A stretch of 64,000 nucleotides of DNA from Opitutales bacterium (GTDB taxonomy: Bacteria > Verrucomicrobiota > Verrucomicrobiia > Opitutales > JABSRG01): positions 64,001-128,000 of the forward strand of contig JBMYOQ010000002.1 of NCBI GenBank assembly GCA_049599475.1, read 5' to 3'. Positions 9,745 through 18,565 of the stretch are shown piece after piece (the stretch's first letter is position 1; the number at the start of each line of letters is the position of its first letter). Under the pieces are notes generated by a model that was not told the origin of the DNA, ran no database searches, and saw only the letters and a list, made by a program, of their open reading frames with translations. Position numbers and translations under genes: made by a program.

Positions 9745-10902
9745 TCAGGGCAAAATGGCGAGCTTGATGCCCTTCATGGCGATGTTGTCCTGCATGGCTT
9801 GGTTGATCTCCGAGAGAGGATAGGTCTGAGTAACCAGCTCCTCAATGGGGATACCGATGCGCTCGCATTGTTGAATAAGGCCAATTGCCTCAGGATATTC
9901 CTCTGGCGTGTAGACCCAGGAGCCGACGGCGGTAATTTCCTTTTTGCATAGATCTTCGTGGGGATTGATCGGGCAGGTACCATTGTCCATGAAGAAGCCC
10001 AATTCGCATAGGCCACCGCCGCGCCGTACGTATTTCCATACATCTGCGGCCGCTGCTGCCACGCCCGTGCACTGGACGGCGAAGTCCGCACCTTTATGGC
10101 TGCCCGTCCATTCTTGGACTTGAGCGAGGCGTTCCTCGAGGCTGCTCTCGGAGATATTGAGGGTGCGTGTGGCTCCCATTTTTTTTGCCATATCTAGGCG
10201 CATTTGCACACCGTCGACCGCGATGATGTTGCGGACTCCGGCTGCCATAAGCGTTGCGATCATCATGAGTCCGATAGGGCCACAGCCTTGGACTAAAACG
10301 GTAGATGAAAAATCGAGAAGGTTTGTCGTCTTAATGCGATTCAATGCGTGGTTCGTGACGGCCATAGGCTCGATCAAGACCCTTTGCTTTACGCTCATTC
10401 CGTTTACCTTGAATACAGTGGCTCCTCCGCGGACGACCATGTGAGTCGCAAAATAACCGTTTAAATGGTAATCTTCGGTGTCCGGGAGCAAGCCGTAGAC
10501 ACCCATACCATCGCTTAGGTTTTGCTTTGCTGGGAACGTTTTTACGAAAGTGTCGTCGTCGGGAATCATAACGGATGTCACGATCTGATCTCCGACATTG
10601 AGCGGAGCGCCTGTGAAGTCTTCCTTCACGCCAGAGCCCTTTCGCACAATAGTACCCGTTCCCTCATGTCCGAGCACTACCGGAATCAAACCAAAGGGAT
10701 CGCGCTTATATTCATGCACGTCGGTTCCGCAGATTCCGCATCCCTCTACCTTAATTAGGATTTCATCTTCTCGGATTTCAGGAATGGGGAATTCTCTGAT
10801 TTCTATATTTTGTGGCCCAAGCAGCATGCTTGCTTGAGCGGTCTCTGTAGGGCTGGAGAGCCCGGAGTCTTGCTCTGTTGTTGGGTTGGATATCGTAAGC
10901 AT
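9745..10902 (-). CDS. Zinc-dependent medium-chain (polyol/sugar-alcohol-type) dehydrogenase
   Basis: CGICGTD, LGHEGTG and QGCGPIG Rossmann motifs. Confidence 0.92.
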   Translation of the reverse strand: MLTISNPTTEQDSGLSSPTETAQASMLLGPQNIEIREFPIPEIREDEILIKVEGCGICGTDVHEYKRDPFGLIPVVLGHEGTGTIVRKGSGVKEDFTGAPLNVGDQIVTSVMIPDDDTFVKTFPAKQNLSDGMGVYGLLPDTEDYHLNGYFATHMVVRGGATVFKVNGMSVKQRVLIEPMAVTNHALNRIKTTNLLDFSSTVLVQGCGPIGLMMIATLMAAGVRNIIAVDGVQMRLDMAKKMGATRTLNISESSLEERLAQVQEWTGSHKGADFAVQCTGVAAAAADVWKYVRRGGGLCELGFFMDNGTCPINPHEDLCKKEITAVGSWVYTPEEYPEAIGLIQQCERIGIPIEELVTQTYPLSEINQAMQDNIAMKGIKLAILP

Positions 10903-11122
10903 AGCACCTTCGTTCTATCCGTATACTTTTCATTAACGAACCTAATTGTTTGTAAAAGGTGTATTAGTTTATGTTCTTTTGGGCTTTATTAGAAAATCAA
11001 ACGGATTAGCGGTCTCAAATCCCACAAATTTCCACATTTATGGATTCTTTGGAGAGGGAATTAGAAGGGTTTTTGATAATAAAGATTGCCGACGAGTGTT
11101 CAAAAGTCTGACTGGGCCTCGT

Positions 11123-11788
11123 ATGAACGACGGTCATTCTGAACTCACTCACGAAAGCCTTTCCGAAACATTTGATACTTTAAAGCGAACCCAGGTCGCT
11201 GAAGAGGGGATTCGAATGGGTAAAATCGTCGATGCCGTAGCAGATCGTGGATTCGGTTTTATCTTAATGCTTTTAGCGTTACCAAGTGCGTTGCCAGTTC
11301 CCGCGCCGGGTTACAGTACTCCCTTTGGTATCGCGATCGTGCTACTAGGCGGACAGTTGATTGCGGGTGCACGCACTCCTTGGCTTCCTGAAAAGGTGCG
11401 TAATCTAAGTTTAAATAAAGGGATCGCAGAAAAGATGCTGTCTGCCGCGTCCAGCTTTTTGAAGAAAGTGGAGCACATTATTCAGCCGCGGATGCGCTGG
11501 ATCACTTCCCGTCAATCTCGACGCATCTTGGGAATCATCATTGCAGTGATGGGCTCACTCATGATTTTGCCTATCCCGCTTACCAATACATTCCCTGCAA
11601 TGGTTGTGTTTGCGTTGGCCATCGCGATTGTCGAAGAGGACGGTCTGGTGGGTATCGGAGCACTCGCTCTCGGGTGCGGGGCGGTGGCTCTATATGCAGT
11701 CATCATATATTTCGTGATCACTCAGGGCACGGAGGTGATCGATGTGGCGAAGGATCAAATTAAAGAGTGGCTGGGCCTCTCGGCTTGA
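11123..11788 (+). CDS. exoD: ExoD-family membrane protein
   Basis: DRGFG...LPSALPVPAPGYSTPFG...PWLP...LPIPLTNTFPA; the ATG at 11123 is preferred over the TTG at 10946. Confidence 0.88.
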   Translation: MNDGHSELTHESLSETFDTLKRTQVAEEGIRMGKIVDAVADRGFGFILMLLALPSALPVPAPGYSTPFGIAIVLLGGQLIAGARTPWLPEKVRNLSLNKGIAEKMLSAASSFLKKVEHIIQPRMRWITSRQSRRILGIIIAVMGSLMILPIPLTNTFPAMVVFALAIAIVEEDGLVGIGALALGCGAVALYAVIIYFVITQGTEVIDVAKDQIKEWLGLSA

Positions 11789-11818
11789 TTTGAGTGTTCA
11801 TTGAGCTAAGTTTTCCCA

Positions 11819-12247
11819 ATGCCTTCAGGACTCGCAGAAAAACGTCAGGCTCTCGCCGATGAGCTATCCTTTATCGAAGACCCGTATGAACGCTTCGCCT
11901 ACATCATAGATTTGGGCAAGCAACATCCTGCGGTTGCCGATGAATTTAAGAGGCCCATGTTTGAGGTGGAAGGGTGTACCTCGCAGCTCTGGCTTGTCCC
12001 GGAATTCAGGGAAGGGCTCTGCCATTTTCACTGCGATGCAGATGCGCAGATCGTCAAGGGCATTGCGGCCGTTGTGTGCACGTATTACTCGGGAGAAGAG
12101 CCTCAGGAGATTATTGATAACGAACCTGACTTTTTGGGCGAGCTCGGCATCACTCAGCATCTTTCTTCGAGCCGACGTAATGGCCTAGGGCTGATCCGCC
12201 AAAAGATAAAGGCGTTCGCAGAATCCTGCCTGCGCGACCAGGCTTAA
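11819..12247 (+). CDS. sufE: SufE/CsdE Fe-S sulfur-acceptor protein
   Basis: VEGCTSQLW, DADAQIVKG, LSSSRRNGL. Confidence 0.93.
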   Translation: MPSGLAEKRQALADELSFIEDPYERFAYIIDLGKQHPAVADEFKRPMFEVEGCTSQLWLVPEFREGLCHFHCDADAQIVKGIAAVVCTYYSGEEPQEIIDNEPDFLGELGITQHLSSSRRNGLGLIRQKIKAFAESCLRDQA

Positions 12248-12258
12248 GCCTTCTTCCT

Positions 12259-13056
12259 ATGGCCGCCTTGATTGATGCCCATTGCCATCTACAAGATGCG
12301 CAATTGGCGTCTTATCTAGAGGAGACACTCTCCAGCGATATCTCGACTTGGCTAGTGAATGGGACGAGCCCGTCGGATTGGGCTGCCGTCGCCTCTCTGT
12401 GTGAGCGCGATGATCGCATAATTCCGGCCTTTGGATGGCATCCTTGGCATGTATCGCGAGAAGCACCTGCGATGCAATTCGATACTCTTCTAAAATATCT
12501 CGAGCTGTATCCACGGGCGCATGTCGGAGAGATTGGGGTGGATCGCTGGAAGGCGGGACTGGATGAGGGTGCGCAAGTTGAGACTTTGGTCGTTCAGCTA
12601 GAGATAGCCGCTGCAGCGGGTCGACCCGCTACGGTGCATTGTCTCAAGGCATGGGGGCTACTCGAAGAAGCTTGGAAGCGCGCGCAATCTAAGCCGCAGC
12701 GCATCTTGCTCCATGCTTTCAATGGTTCCGCCGAAACTGCGCAAGTCTGGCTGAAGCGAGGGGCATTTTTCTCCTTTTCCACTTACTTCATTCATGCGCG
12801 TAAGTCGGCGATAAGAGAGATTTTTAGAACTTTGCCGACGGAACGAATACTTGTCGAAACGGATGCGCCGGCGATGTCTCCTCCCTTGTCCGAATGTATC
12901 CGTCCGATTGAGACAGTAGAGGGAAATGAGATTAACCACCCATTAAACCTGACGGCGGCGTACCGTGCTCTTGCTCGATTACGCTCAGTTGATTTTGATG
13001 CACTCGTCACTCAGGTGGCAGACAATTTTAATGCATTTGCGGAGGTGTCTTCATGA
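12259..13056 (+). CDS. tatD: TatD-family nuclease
   Basis: IDAHCHL, GWHPW, VGEIGVD, VHC, LHAF, ILVETDAP. Confidence 0.92.
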   Translation: MAALIDAHCHLQDAQLASYLEETLSSDISTWLVNGTSPSDWAAVASLCERDDRIIPAFGWHPWHVSREAPAMQFDTLLKYLELYPRAHVGEIGVDRWKAGLDEGAQVETLVVQLEIAAAAGRPATVHCLKAWGLLEEAWKRAQSKPQRILLHAFNGSAETAQVWLKRGAFFSFSTYFIHARKSAIREIFRTLPTERILVETDAPAMSPPLSECIRPIETVEGNEINHPLNLTAAYRALARLRSVDFDALVTQVADNFNAFAEVSS

Positions 13057-13541
13057 GCCAGACATGGATCGTGGATGGGCATAACGTGATTCACGCTAGG
13101 CCCGATCTTCAAAAGTTGTTGCGAGATGACTCAACAGGTGCGTCTGCCCAACGTGTATTGATAGAGCAGATACGCATCTTTGCGGATTTTGGGAGTGCGG
13201 GAGTAAAGGTCGCCTTTGATAGTGGGCACCTTAAAAGCCTGAGCGAAAAGTGGCAAGAGCGCCAGCGTAGCCGAGGCGTTGAGATACATTATGGTTCGGC
13301 GGAAGAGCAGGCGGATACCATTATTGAGCGTTGGGTCGTTGCCTGCTCGGACCCAAGTAAAGTGTTCGTGGTTACGGAGGATCGGGCGATTCGCCATGTG
13401 ATTGAGGCTGCCGGTGCTTTCTCTGTATCAGTCCAAGAGTTTACGCAACGGCGTGCTGCATTAGAAGTCCAGCAATCGAGGATGCTTAAGAACCAAAATG
13501 CACGAGCTGCTGATGATTTTAGAAACGGACTGCCGCTCTAG
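13053..13541 (+). CDS. NYN-domain (YacP/Rae1-like) ribonuclease
   Basis: WIVDGHNVI, VAFD, ADTIIE, VVTEDR acidic motifs. Confidence 0.85.
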   Translation: MSQTWIVDGHNVIHARPDLQKLLRDDSTGASAQRVLIEQIRIFADFGSAGVKVAFDSGHLKSLSEKWQERQRSRGVEIHYGSAEEQADTIIERWVVACSDPSKVFVVTEDRAIRHVIEAAGAFSVSVQEFTQRRAALEVQQSRMLKNQNARAADDFRNGLPL

Positions 13542-13574
13542 AAACGAACGGTTTCGAGTTATCAAAATTTCACC

Positions 13575-13940
13575 ATGGAAACAGAAAAAGAGAGGAGAAT
13601 GTCTTTCACCTTCGATCGATTGATCGACCAAATTATTGCGGGTGTAAAGACAGCGAGCACAGAGCGTGTCGACAACCAGGGAGAAGTCGACGAATGGGAT
13701 AGCGCGATGGAAGTCGGTGCCGTTTACACAGTCTATGATTCGAAGCGGGTGCCGCGCTGCAAGATACGCATCACCTCAATTCGTTTGTGCCAGTGGTCAG
13801 ATATTCCGGAGTGGCTGTGGCGGGGTGAAGGTAATTCAAATGCGGAAGAGTTTCGTGAGGATCATGATTCTTTTTTCGATTTCCCCGGGGCAGACTTTGA
13901 GTTTGTCGGTTATGAGTTTTGCTTGCTGTCTGTTCTTTAG
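13575..13940 (+). CDS. ASCH-domain protein
   Basis: LIDQIIAGVKTAST and RGEG motifs. Confidence 0.8.
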   Translation: METEKERRMSFTFDRLIDQIIAGVKTASTERVDNQGEVDEWDSAMEVGAVYTVYDSKRVPRCKIRITSIRLCQWSDIPEWLWRGEGNSNAEEFREDHDSFFDFPGADFEFVGYEFCLLSVL

Positions 13941-13988
13941 GGCTTGTCGGAATTGACTCCTTGCGCTGTTCTCTCGTGCTTTGCACGC

Positions 13989-14354
13989 ATGTACGCTTCG
14001 CTCCATAGTCTTTCGTATGCTCGCCGTTTAATAAGCGGCCTGCTTGCGGTGTGGCTGTTTTTGGCGACGCTGGGCACGGTGAGCCCTGCGATGCACGCTT
14101 GGTTGCACGGGCATGCGCACGACGGTGAATCTTGTGGCGAAGTTCACCACCATGGCGAAGTGGCTCACGATGAGGAGCATGTATGCGCGGTGACCATTTT
14201 GGCATCGGATGCTTCGGCGCCGGCCGCGGCCGTGAGTCTCGTTTTCGAGAGCAGCCTCTTTTACCAGGCTATTTCCTATGCTGAGCAGATAGATGCTCAA
14301 GGCAAAGACCTATATACTCGAAGCCGGGCCCCGCCAATAGACGCGTTGATGTAA
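13989..14354 (+). CDS. His-rich leader protein with one hydrophobic segment and C-terminal RAPP motif (DUF2946/CruR-like)
   Basis: Hydrophobic stretch, HAWLHGHAHDGESCGEVHHHGEVAHDEEHVC, ends SRAPPIDALM; 61 nt upstream of a TonB-dependent receptor. Confidence 0.75.
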   Translation: MYASLHSLSYARRLISGLLAVWLFLATLGTVSPAMHAWLHGHAHDGESCGEVHHHGEVAHDEEHVCAVTILASDASAPAAAVSLVFESSLFYQAISYAEQIDAQGKDLYTRSRAPPIDALM

Positions 14355-14365
14355 GCTGTGAATTC

Positions 14366-14393
14366 GCGACGCATCCGTCGCTTTCCATCTTTT
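14366..14393 (+). promoter_or_regulatory. Terminator/attenuator-like hairpin between the leader ORF and the receptor
   Basis: GCGACG-CATC-CGTCGC perfect 6-bp stem followed by TTTCCATCTTTT. Confidence 0.5.
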
Positions 14394-14415
14394 AAAACTA
14401 CAACTCGTCTTTAAA

Positions 14416-16641
14416 ATGCACTTTTCTCTTTCCAAGAGCGTGGTCGCCGTATGTGCCTGCTCACAAACTCTAATTTCATTCGCTCAGAATAGTTCCGAAG
14501 ACATTCAGGAGCTCGATAAATACACTGTCTCAGTGGGGCCTGTTCCTAGACTCGCTGAAGACTTTTCTCAGCCAGCGTCCATCCTAACATCAGAGGATCT
14601 GGAGAACGAAACTGCTGGGACCCTTGGCGGGATCCTGGCAGATCAACCAGGGCTCACAGCCAGCAGCTTCGGTGCAGGTGCGAGCCGCCCGATTATCCGC
14701 GGCTTCGATGGCCCCCGAGTTAAAGTCTTGCAGGCTGGACTCGAAGCGGTCGACGTCTCTTCTAGCAGCCCCGACCACGCGGTTTCTTTGGAGGCACTCC
14801 TCACAGACCGTATTGAAATTATCCGTGGACCTGCGGCTCTCCTTTATGGAAGCTCGGCAATTGGCGGTGTCGTCAATGTAGTAGGCTCGGATATCCCACG
14901 CGAATTTCGTGACGGCAGCTATGTCGGTGGGAAGGTTGAAGCGCGCTTCGACACGGTCTCCGAAGGTGAAACATTCCTCGCTCAAGGCACTGTAGGTGGC
15001 GACAACTGGGCGATTCGGGTGACAGGGCTCATGCGGGACGCTGAAGACTACGACATCCCAGGGTATGCCGAAATTCACTCCGATGAGGAGCACCATGATG
15101 AAGACGAAGAACATCATGATGAAGAGGAAGAGCACGACGAAGACGAACACGAAGAGGAGGAGCATCATGACGATGAGCACAGCGAAGAAGAAGTCTTCGG
15201 AACTCTCGAAAATAGCTTCGTCGAAACAGAATCTTACTCAGTAGGTGGCAGCTGGTTTTTCAATGATTCTAGCTTCTTGGGTGCTTCGATCTCTCAATAT
15301 GATTCCCTCTACGGAGTGCCTGGGCACGCCCATGAGCATGCTCACGAAGAGGAACATGATGAGGAGCACCATGACGAGGATGAAGAACATCATGATGAGG
15401 AAGAGCACGATGAAGAACATGGTGACGAAGAGGAGCATGGAGATGAGCACGGCGAAGAAGAGGAAATGGTCTCGATCGACCTCAAACGCACGCGCTTCAA
15501 TCTAGAACTATCCATGGGTGAACTGCCTGATTGGATCTCCGCACTGCGCGCACGTGCCTCTTACACTGACTACGAACACACTGAACTCGAAGGTGATGAA
15601 ATCGGAACGGTCTTTGAAAATGAAACAGCAGAGCTCCGCGTTGAAGCGCTGCATGGGTCATGGTTTGGGGCTGATGAGGGCGTTCTCGGGGCCCAATGGA
15701 AAGTAAGCTCATTCTCTGCAGATGGAGCTGAGGCGTTTGCGCCTGCATCTGAAACTGAAACAATGGCTGTATTTGTCTCAGAGCGCGTAGAGCTCGAGCA
15801 ATTGAGCTTCGAATACGGGGGCCGGTTGGAGCACCAAGATTCGGATGCAGAGAGCGATGCTTCAGATTATTCGGAAGTTGCTCTGAGCCTAGCTGTAGGA
15901 GCTGTGTATTCGATTTCAGATACAAACTCGGTAGCACTATCCCTCCAGCGTGCCCAGCGCCACCCTACAGCGATTGAGCTGTTTGCTGATGGTCCACACT
16001 TGGCGACCCGCCAGTACGAAGTCGGGGATGATTCTCTCGATATCGAAACGGCCCACAGTATCGACCTCAGCTACCGCTTAGACTCTGCGGATTGGGGAGG
16101 TAGCCTTACACTGTTCTTCGCGGATTTTGACGACTACATCTTTGCCGAAAATACCGGAGAAGAGGAAGACGAACTTCCCGTATACCAGTTCGGTGCAGTC
16201 GATGCGCGCTTCTGGGGTTTTGAAGGCGAGCTCGACCGTATTTTCGAAATGAGTCACGGAGCCGAGTTGAAATTGGGTGTCATTGGAGATTGGGTACGCG
16301 CAGAGGCGACAGATTCGAGCGAGGATCTGCCACGGATACCTCCATTGCGCCTGGGCGCGCGTATGTCTTACGATCTCGATGGTATTAGCCTGGGATTGAA
16401 GTTGAGACAGGCTTGGGACCAAGATCGTACCGGCGCCTTCGAGACAGAGACCGACGACTATACTGAATTTGATGCGACCCTCGCATACACCTTTGAGGCT
16501 TCTGAAAATGTGGATATGACGATCTTTATCCGTGGTGAAAATCTACTGGATGAAGAGATTCGCCACCATACTTCATACCTCAAGGATCTAGCTCCACTCC
16601 CAGGACGGAATGTGACGCTCGGAGCTCGCCTAGAGTTCTAA
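14416..16641 (+). CDS. TonB-dependent outer-membrane receptor, ZnuD-like (Zn or other divalent metal uptake)
   Basis: Signal peptide, ASRPIIRG, IEIIRGPAALLYGSSAIGGVVN plug, PRIPP, terminal F; two His/Glu/Asp tracts. Confidence 0.92.
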   Translation: MHFSLSKSVVAVCACSQTLISFAQNSSEDIQELDKYTVSVGPVPRLAEDFSQPASILTSEDLENETAGTLGGILADQPGLTASSFGAGASRPIIRGFDGPRVKVLQAGLEAVDVSSSSPDHAVSLEALLTDRIEIIRGPAALLYGSSAIGGVVNVVGSDIPREFRDGSYVGGKVEARFDTVSEGETFLAQGTVGGDNWAIRVTGLMRDAEDYDIPGYAEIHSDEEHHDEDEEHHDEEEEHDEDEHEEEEHHDDEHSEEEVFGTLENSFVETESYSVGGSWFFNDSSFLGASISQYDSLYGVPGHAHEHAHEEEHDEEHHDEDEEHHDEEEHDEEHGDEEEHGDEHGEEEEMVSIDLKRTRFNLELSMGELPDWISALRARASYTDYEHTELEGDEIGTVFENETAELRVEALHGSWFGADEGVLGAQWKVSSFSADGAEAFAPASETETMAVFVSERVELEQLSFEYGGRLEHQDSDAESDASDYSEVALSLAVGAVYSISDTNSVALSLQRAQRHPTAIELFADGPHLATRQYEVGDDSLDIETAHSIDLSYRLDSADWGGSLTLFFADFDDYIFAENTGEEEDELPVYQFGAVDARFWGFEGELDRIFEMSHGAELKLGVIGDWVRAEATDSSEDLPRIPPLRLGARMSYDLDGISLGLKLRQAWDQDRTGAFETETDDYTEFDATLAYTFEASENVDMTIFIRGENLLDEEIRHHTSYLKDLAPLPGRNVTLGARLEF

Positions 16642-16708
16642 TCAAGCTCTGGTCGACCGAGATAGAATATCCTTCCTCATTTATTTCGAAGGGCATCGAA
16701 AACCAGCG

Positions 16709-16740
16709 GGGGGCTTCGTTTACGGAGCTCCCTTTTTATT
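16709..16740 (+). terminator. Rho-independent terminator of the receptor gene
   Basis: GGGGGCTTCGT-TT-ACGGAGCTCCC followed by TTTTTATT. Confidence 0.8.
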
Positions 16741-16769
16741 GTACCGATTTACCGTCTCTTTTAATGCTT

Positions 16770-17036
16770 TAATACCGAATCCCGAAAATCTTGATCAAAA
16801 TAGGCAGAATTCAGAGGGCTTAGTGCGAGGCGCCTGAAATGGATTGGGTCGAGACCCTGTCCATTTCAGGGAACGCCGCAATCAGCCCTCTGAGTCTGTC
16901 CTTCGGATGTATGAAAATCGAAGTTTGCGGCGTTCCAGCATCAGTCAGGCATCCCGATGTCATCCTGATGCTGCGCCTTGCACTGCTTCGATTTTCATTA
17001 CACCTATTTGATCAATTTTTTCGGGATTCGGTATTA
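16770..17036. mobile_element. MITE-like non-autonomous element with ~35-bp terminal inverted repeats and two internal hairpins
   Basis: TAATACCGAATCCCGAAAA at 16770 and its exact reverse complement ending at 17036; the same ends recur at 58901-58957. Confidence 0.7.
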
Positions 17037-17113
17037 GGCCCCTGATGGAGTCTTCGTTTTGCGGCAACGATCAGTCTTATACCTATGGGATCTTAGGATT
17101 GGGACGGGGGGAA

Positions 17114-18553
17114 CTACTTTGACTTTAATTTCTTCTCGAGACGGCCTTTGAATTCGGGGCGCTTGATGAAGTCGTCCAAATAAGGCTCGTATTCGGGAGT
17201 TAAATACCATTCGCGACGCGCGGGTTGATTGGGATCAACGGCGCCTTCTGGATAGTCTTTGCCTTGGATACTGGCTTGGACGCTTTCAAACCAGGCGGTG
17301 TAATCGGCCATCATCTTTTTGAAAAGCTCTGGGTGCTTGGATGATATGTCGGTGGATTCACTGGGATCATCGCTCAAGTTGTATAGGGTGAATTTGCCCT
17401 TTTTCTTTTTCTCAGACACGAGTTTGAAATCGTTGTCAATGAGGGCTGCAGCATCCTTGTAGAAGAAGGCTAGTGGAGCTGGTCGCTCTTCAATCTCTTG
17501 GGTAAACAGAGATGCTAGGCTGATGCCATCGAGCGGTTTCAGCATGGCAGAATCGGGGAGACCTGCGAGTTCTGCGATGGTTGGAAAAATATCCATGGTG
17601 GCCGCAGGGTAATCTGTGATGCGTGGTTTGATTTTCGCGGGCCATTCGATGATGCCTGGGACACGTATTCCGCCTTCCCAGATATCGCCTTTGTAGCCTC
17701 TGAGGCCGCCTACTGTATTGGGTTTTACCTTATCGAGTCCGCCGTTGTCACTGCAGAACCATACAATCGTGTTTTCTGCGACTCCGAGGTCGCGTAAGCC
17801 TTGGCGCAGTACACCGACACTGCGGTCAAAGGCTACGAGTTCGCCGTGATGTTTTTGACTGCCAGTATCTAGTTCCGAAAAGGGGGCCATGTCCGCTTCA
17901 GTGGCGACGAAGGGGCTGTGGGGGGAACCGTCCCAAACGACTGCAAAGAAGGGCTTCTTTGCCTCCACGGATTCTTGGATGAATTTAAGCGATTCGCGCG
18001 CGATAATATCCGAGCTGTCTCCTGTGAATTCTTCGAATTCGCCCTTGCGGCTCATCAGGGGATCAATGTCGAAGAAGTTCGTGACCGTGAGCCATTCCTC
18101 AAAACCGAAGGCGCCAGGACCGTGGGTGTCTTCTTTGAGGATGGGCGCTCCGGGGCCACGAAGGGCATTTAGATGCCATTTACCGAAATGCCCCGTGGCA
18201 TATCCGGCGTCTTTGAGAGCTTGCGCAATTGTCTTCTCCTGAAGGCGCAGAGCGTATCCGTGATCGGGCACTCCGGTGCGCGGTGCCTGGCGCCCAGTGA
18301 GGACCGTTGCGCGTGTGGGAGAGCACACGGGGGCACCTGCATAGAAGCGGTCGAAACGCAGCCCATTTTCGGCCATAGCGTCGAGATTCGGCGTCTTCAG
18401 ATAGGGATGTTTATAGTAACCGGTTTGCCCCCATCCCTGGTCGTCGGTCATCACGAGCACGATGTTGGGGCGCTCTTCAGCGGGAGAGAAACTCAGAATT
18501 GATAGGAAACTAGCAACGCATGCTAGTCGGCGGATTGTATGGATCATCTGCAT
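17114..18553 (-). CDS. Secreted Cys-type S1 sulfatase
   Basis: Signal peptide, [33 protein letters not shown]. Confidence 0.95.
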   Translation of the reverse strand: MQMIHTIRRLACVASFLSILSFSPAEERPNIVLVMTDDQGWGQTGYYKHPYLKTPNLDAMAENGLRFDRFYAGAPVCSPTRATVLTGRQAPRTGVPDHGYALRLQEKTIAQALKDAGYATGHFGKWHLNALRGPGAPILKEDTHGPGAFGFEEWLTVTNFFDIDPLMSRKGEFEEFTGDSSDIIARESLKFIQESVEAKKPFFAVVWDGSPHSPFVATEADMAPFSELDTGSQKHHGELVAFDRSVGVLRQGLRDLGVAENTIVWFCSDNGGLDKVKPNTVGGLRGYKGDIWEGGIRVPGIIEWPAKIKPRITDYPAATMDIFPTIAELAGLPDSAMLKPLDGISLASLFTQEIEERPAPLAFFYKDAAALIDNDFKLVSEKKKKGKFTLYNLSDDPSESTDISSKHPELFKKMMADYTAWFESVQASIQGKDYPEGAVDPNQPARREWYLTPEYEPYLDDFIKRPEFKGRLEKKLKSK

Positions 18554-18565
18554 TTTAAATTTTGC

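Noticed and set aside
10946..11122. 59-aa N-terminal extension of ExoD in the ORF track
   Set aside because: TTG start in an AT-rich divergent promoter region; ExoD-like sequence begins at the ATG at 11123
14590..15450. Hydrophobic Met/Phe/Leu-rich minus-strand ORFs
   Set aside because: Antisense shadows of the His/Glu/Asp codon tracts of the receptor
16839..17045. 68-aa ORF as a possible transposase or toxin
   Set aside because: Lies inside the hairpin element and has no recognisable motif
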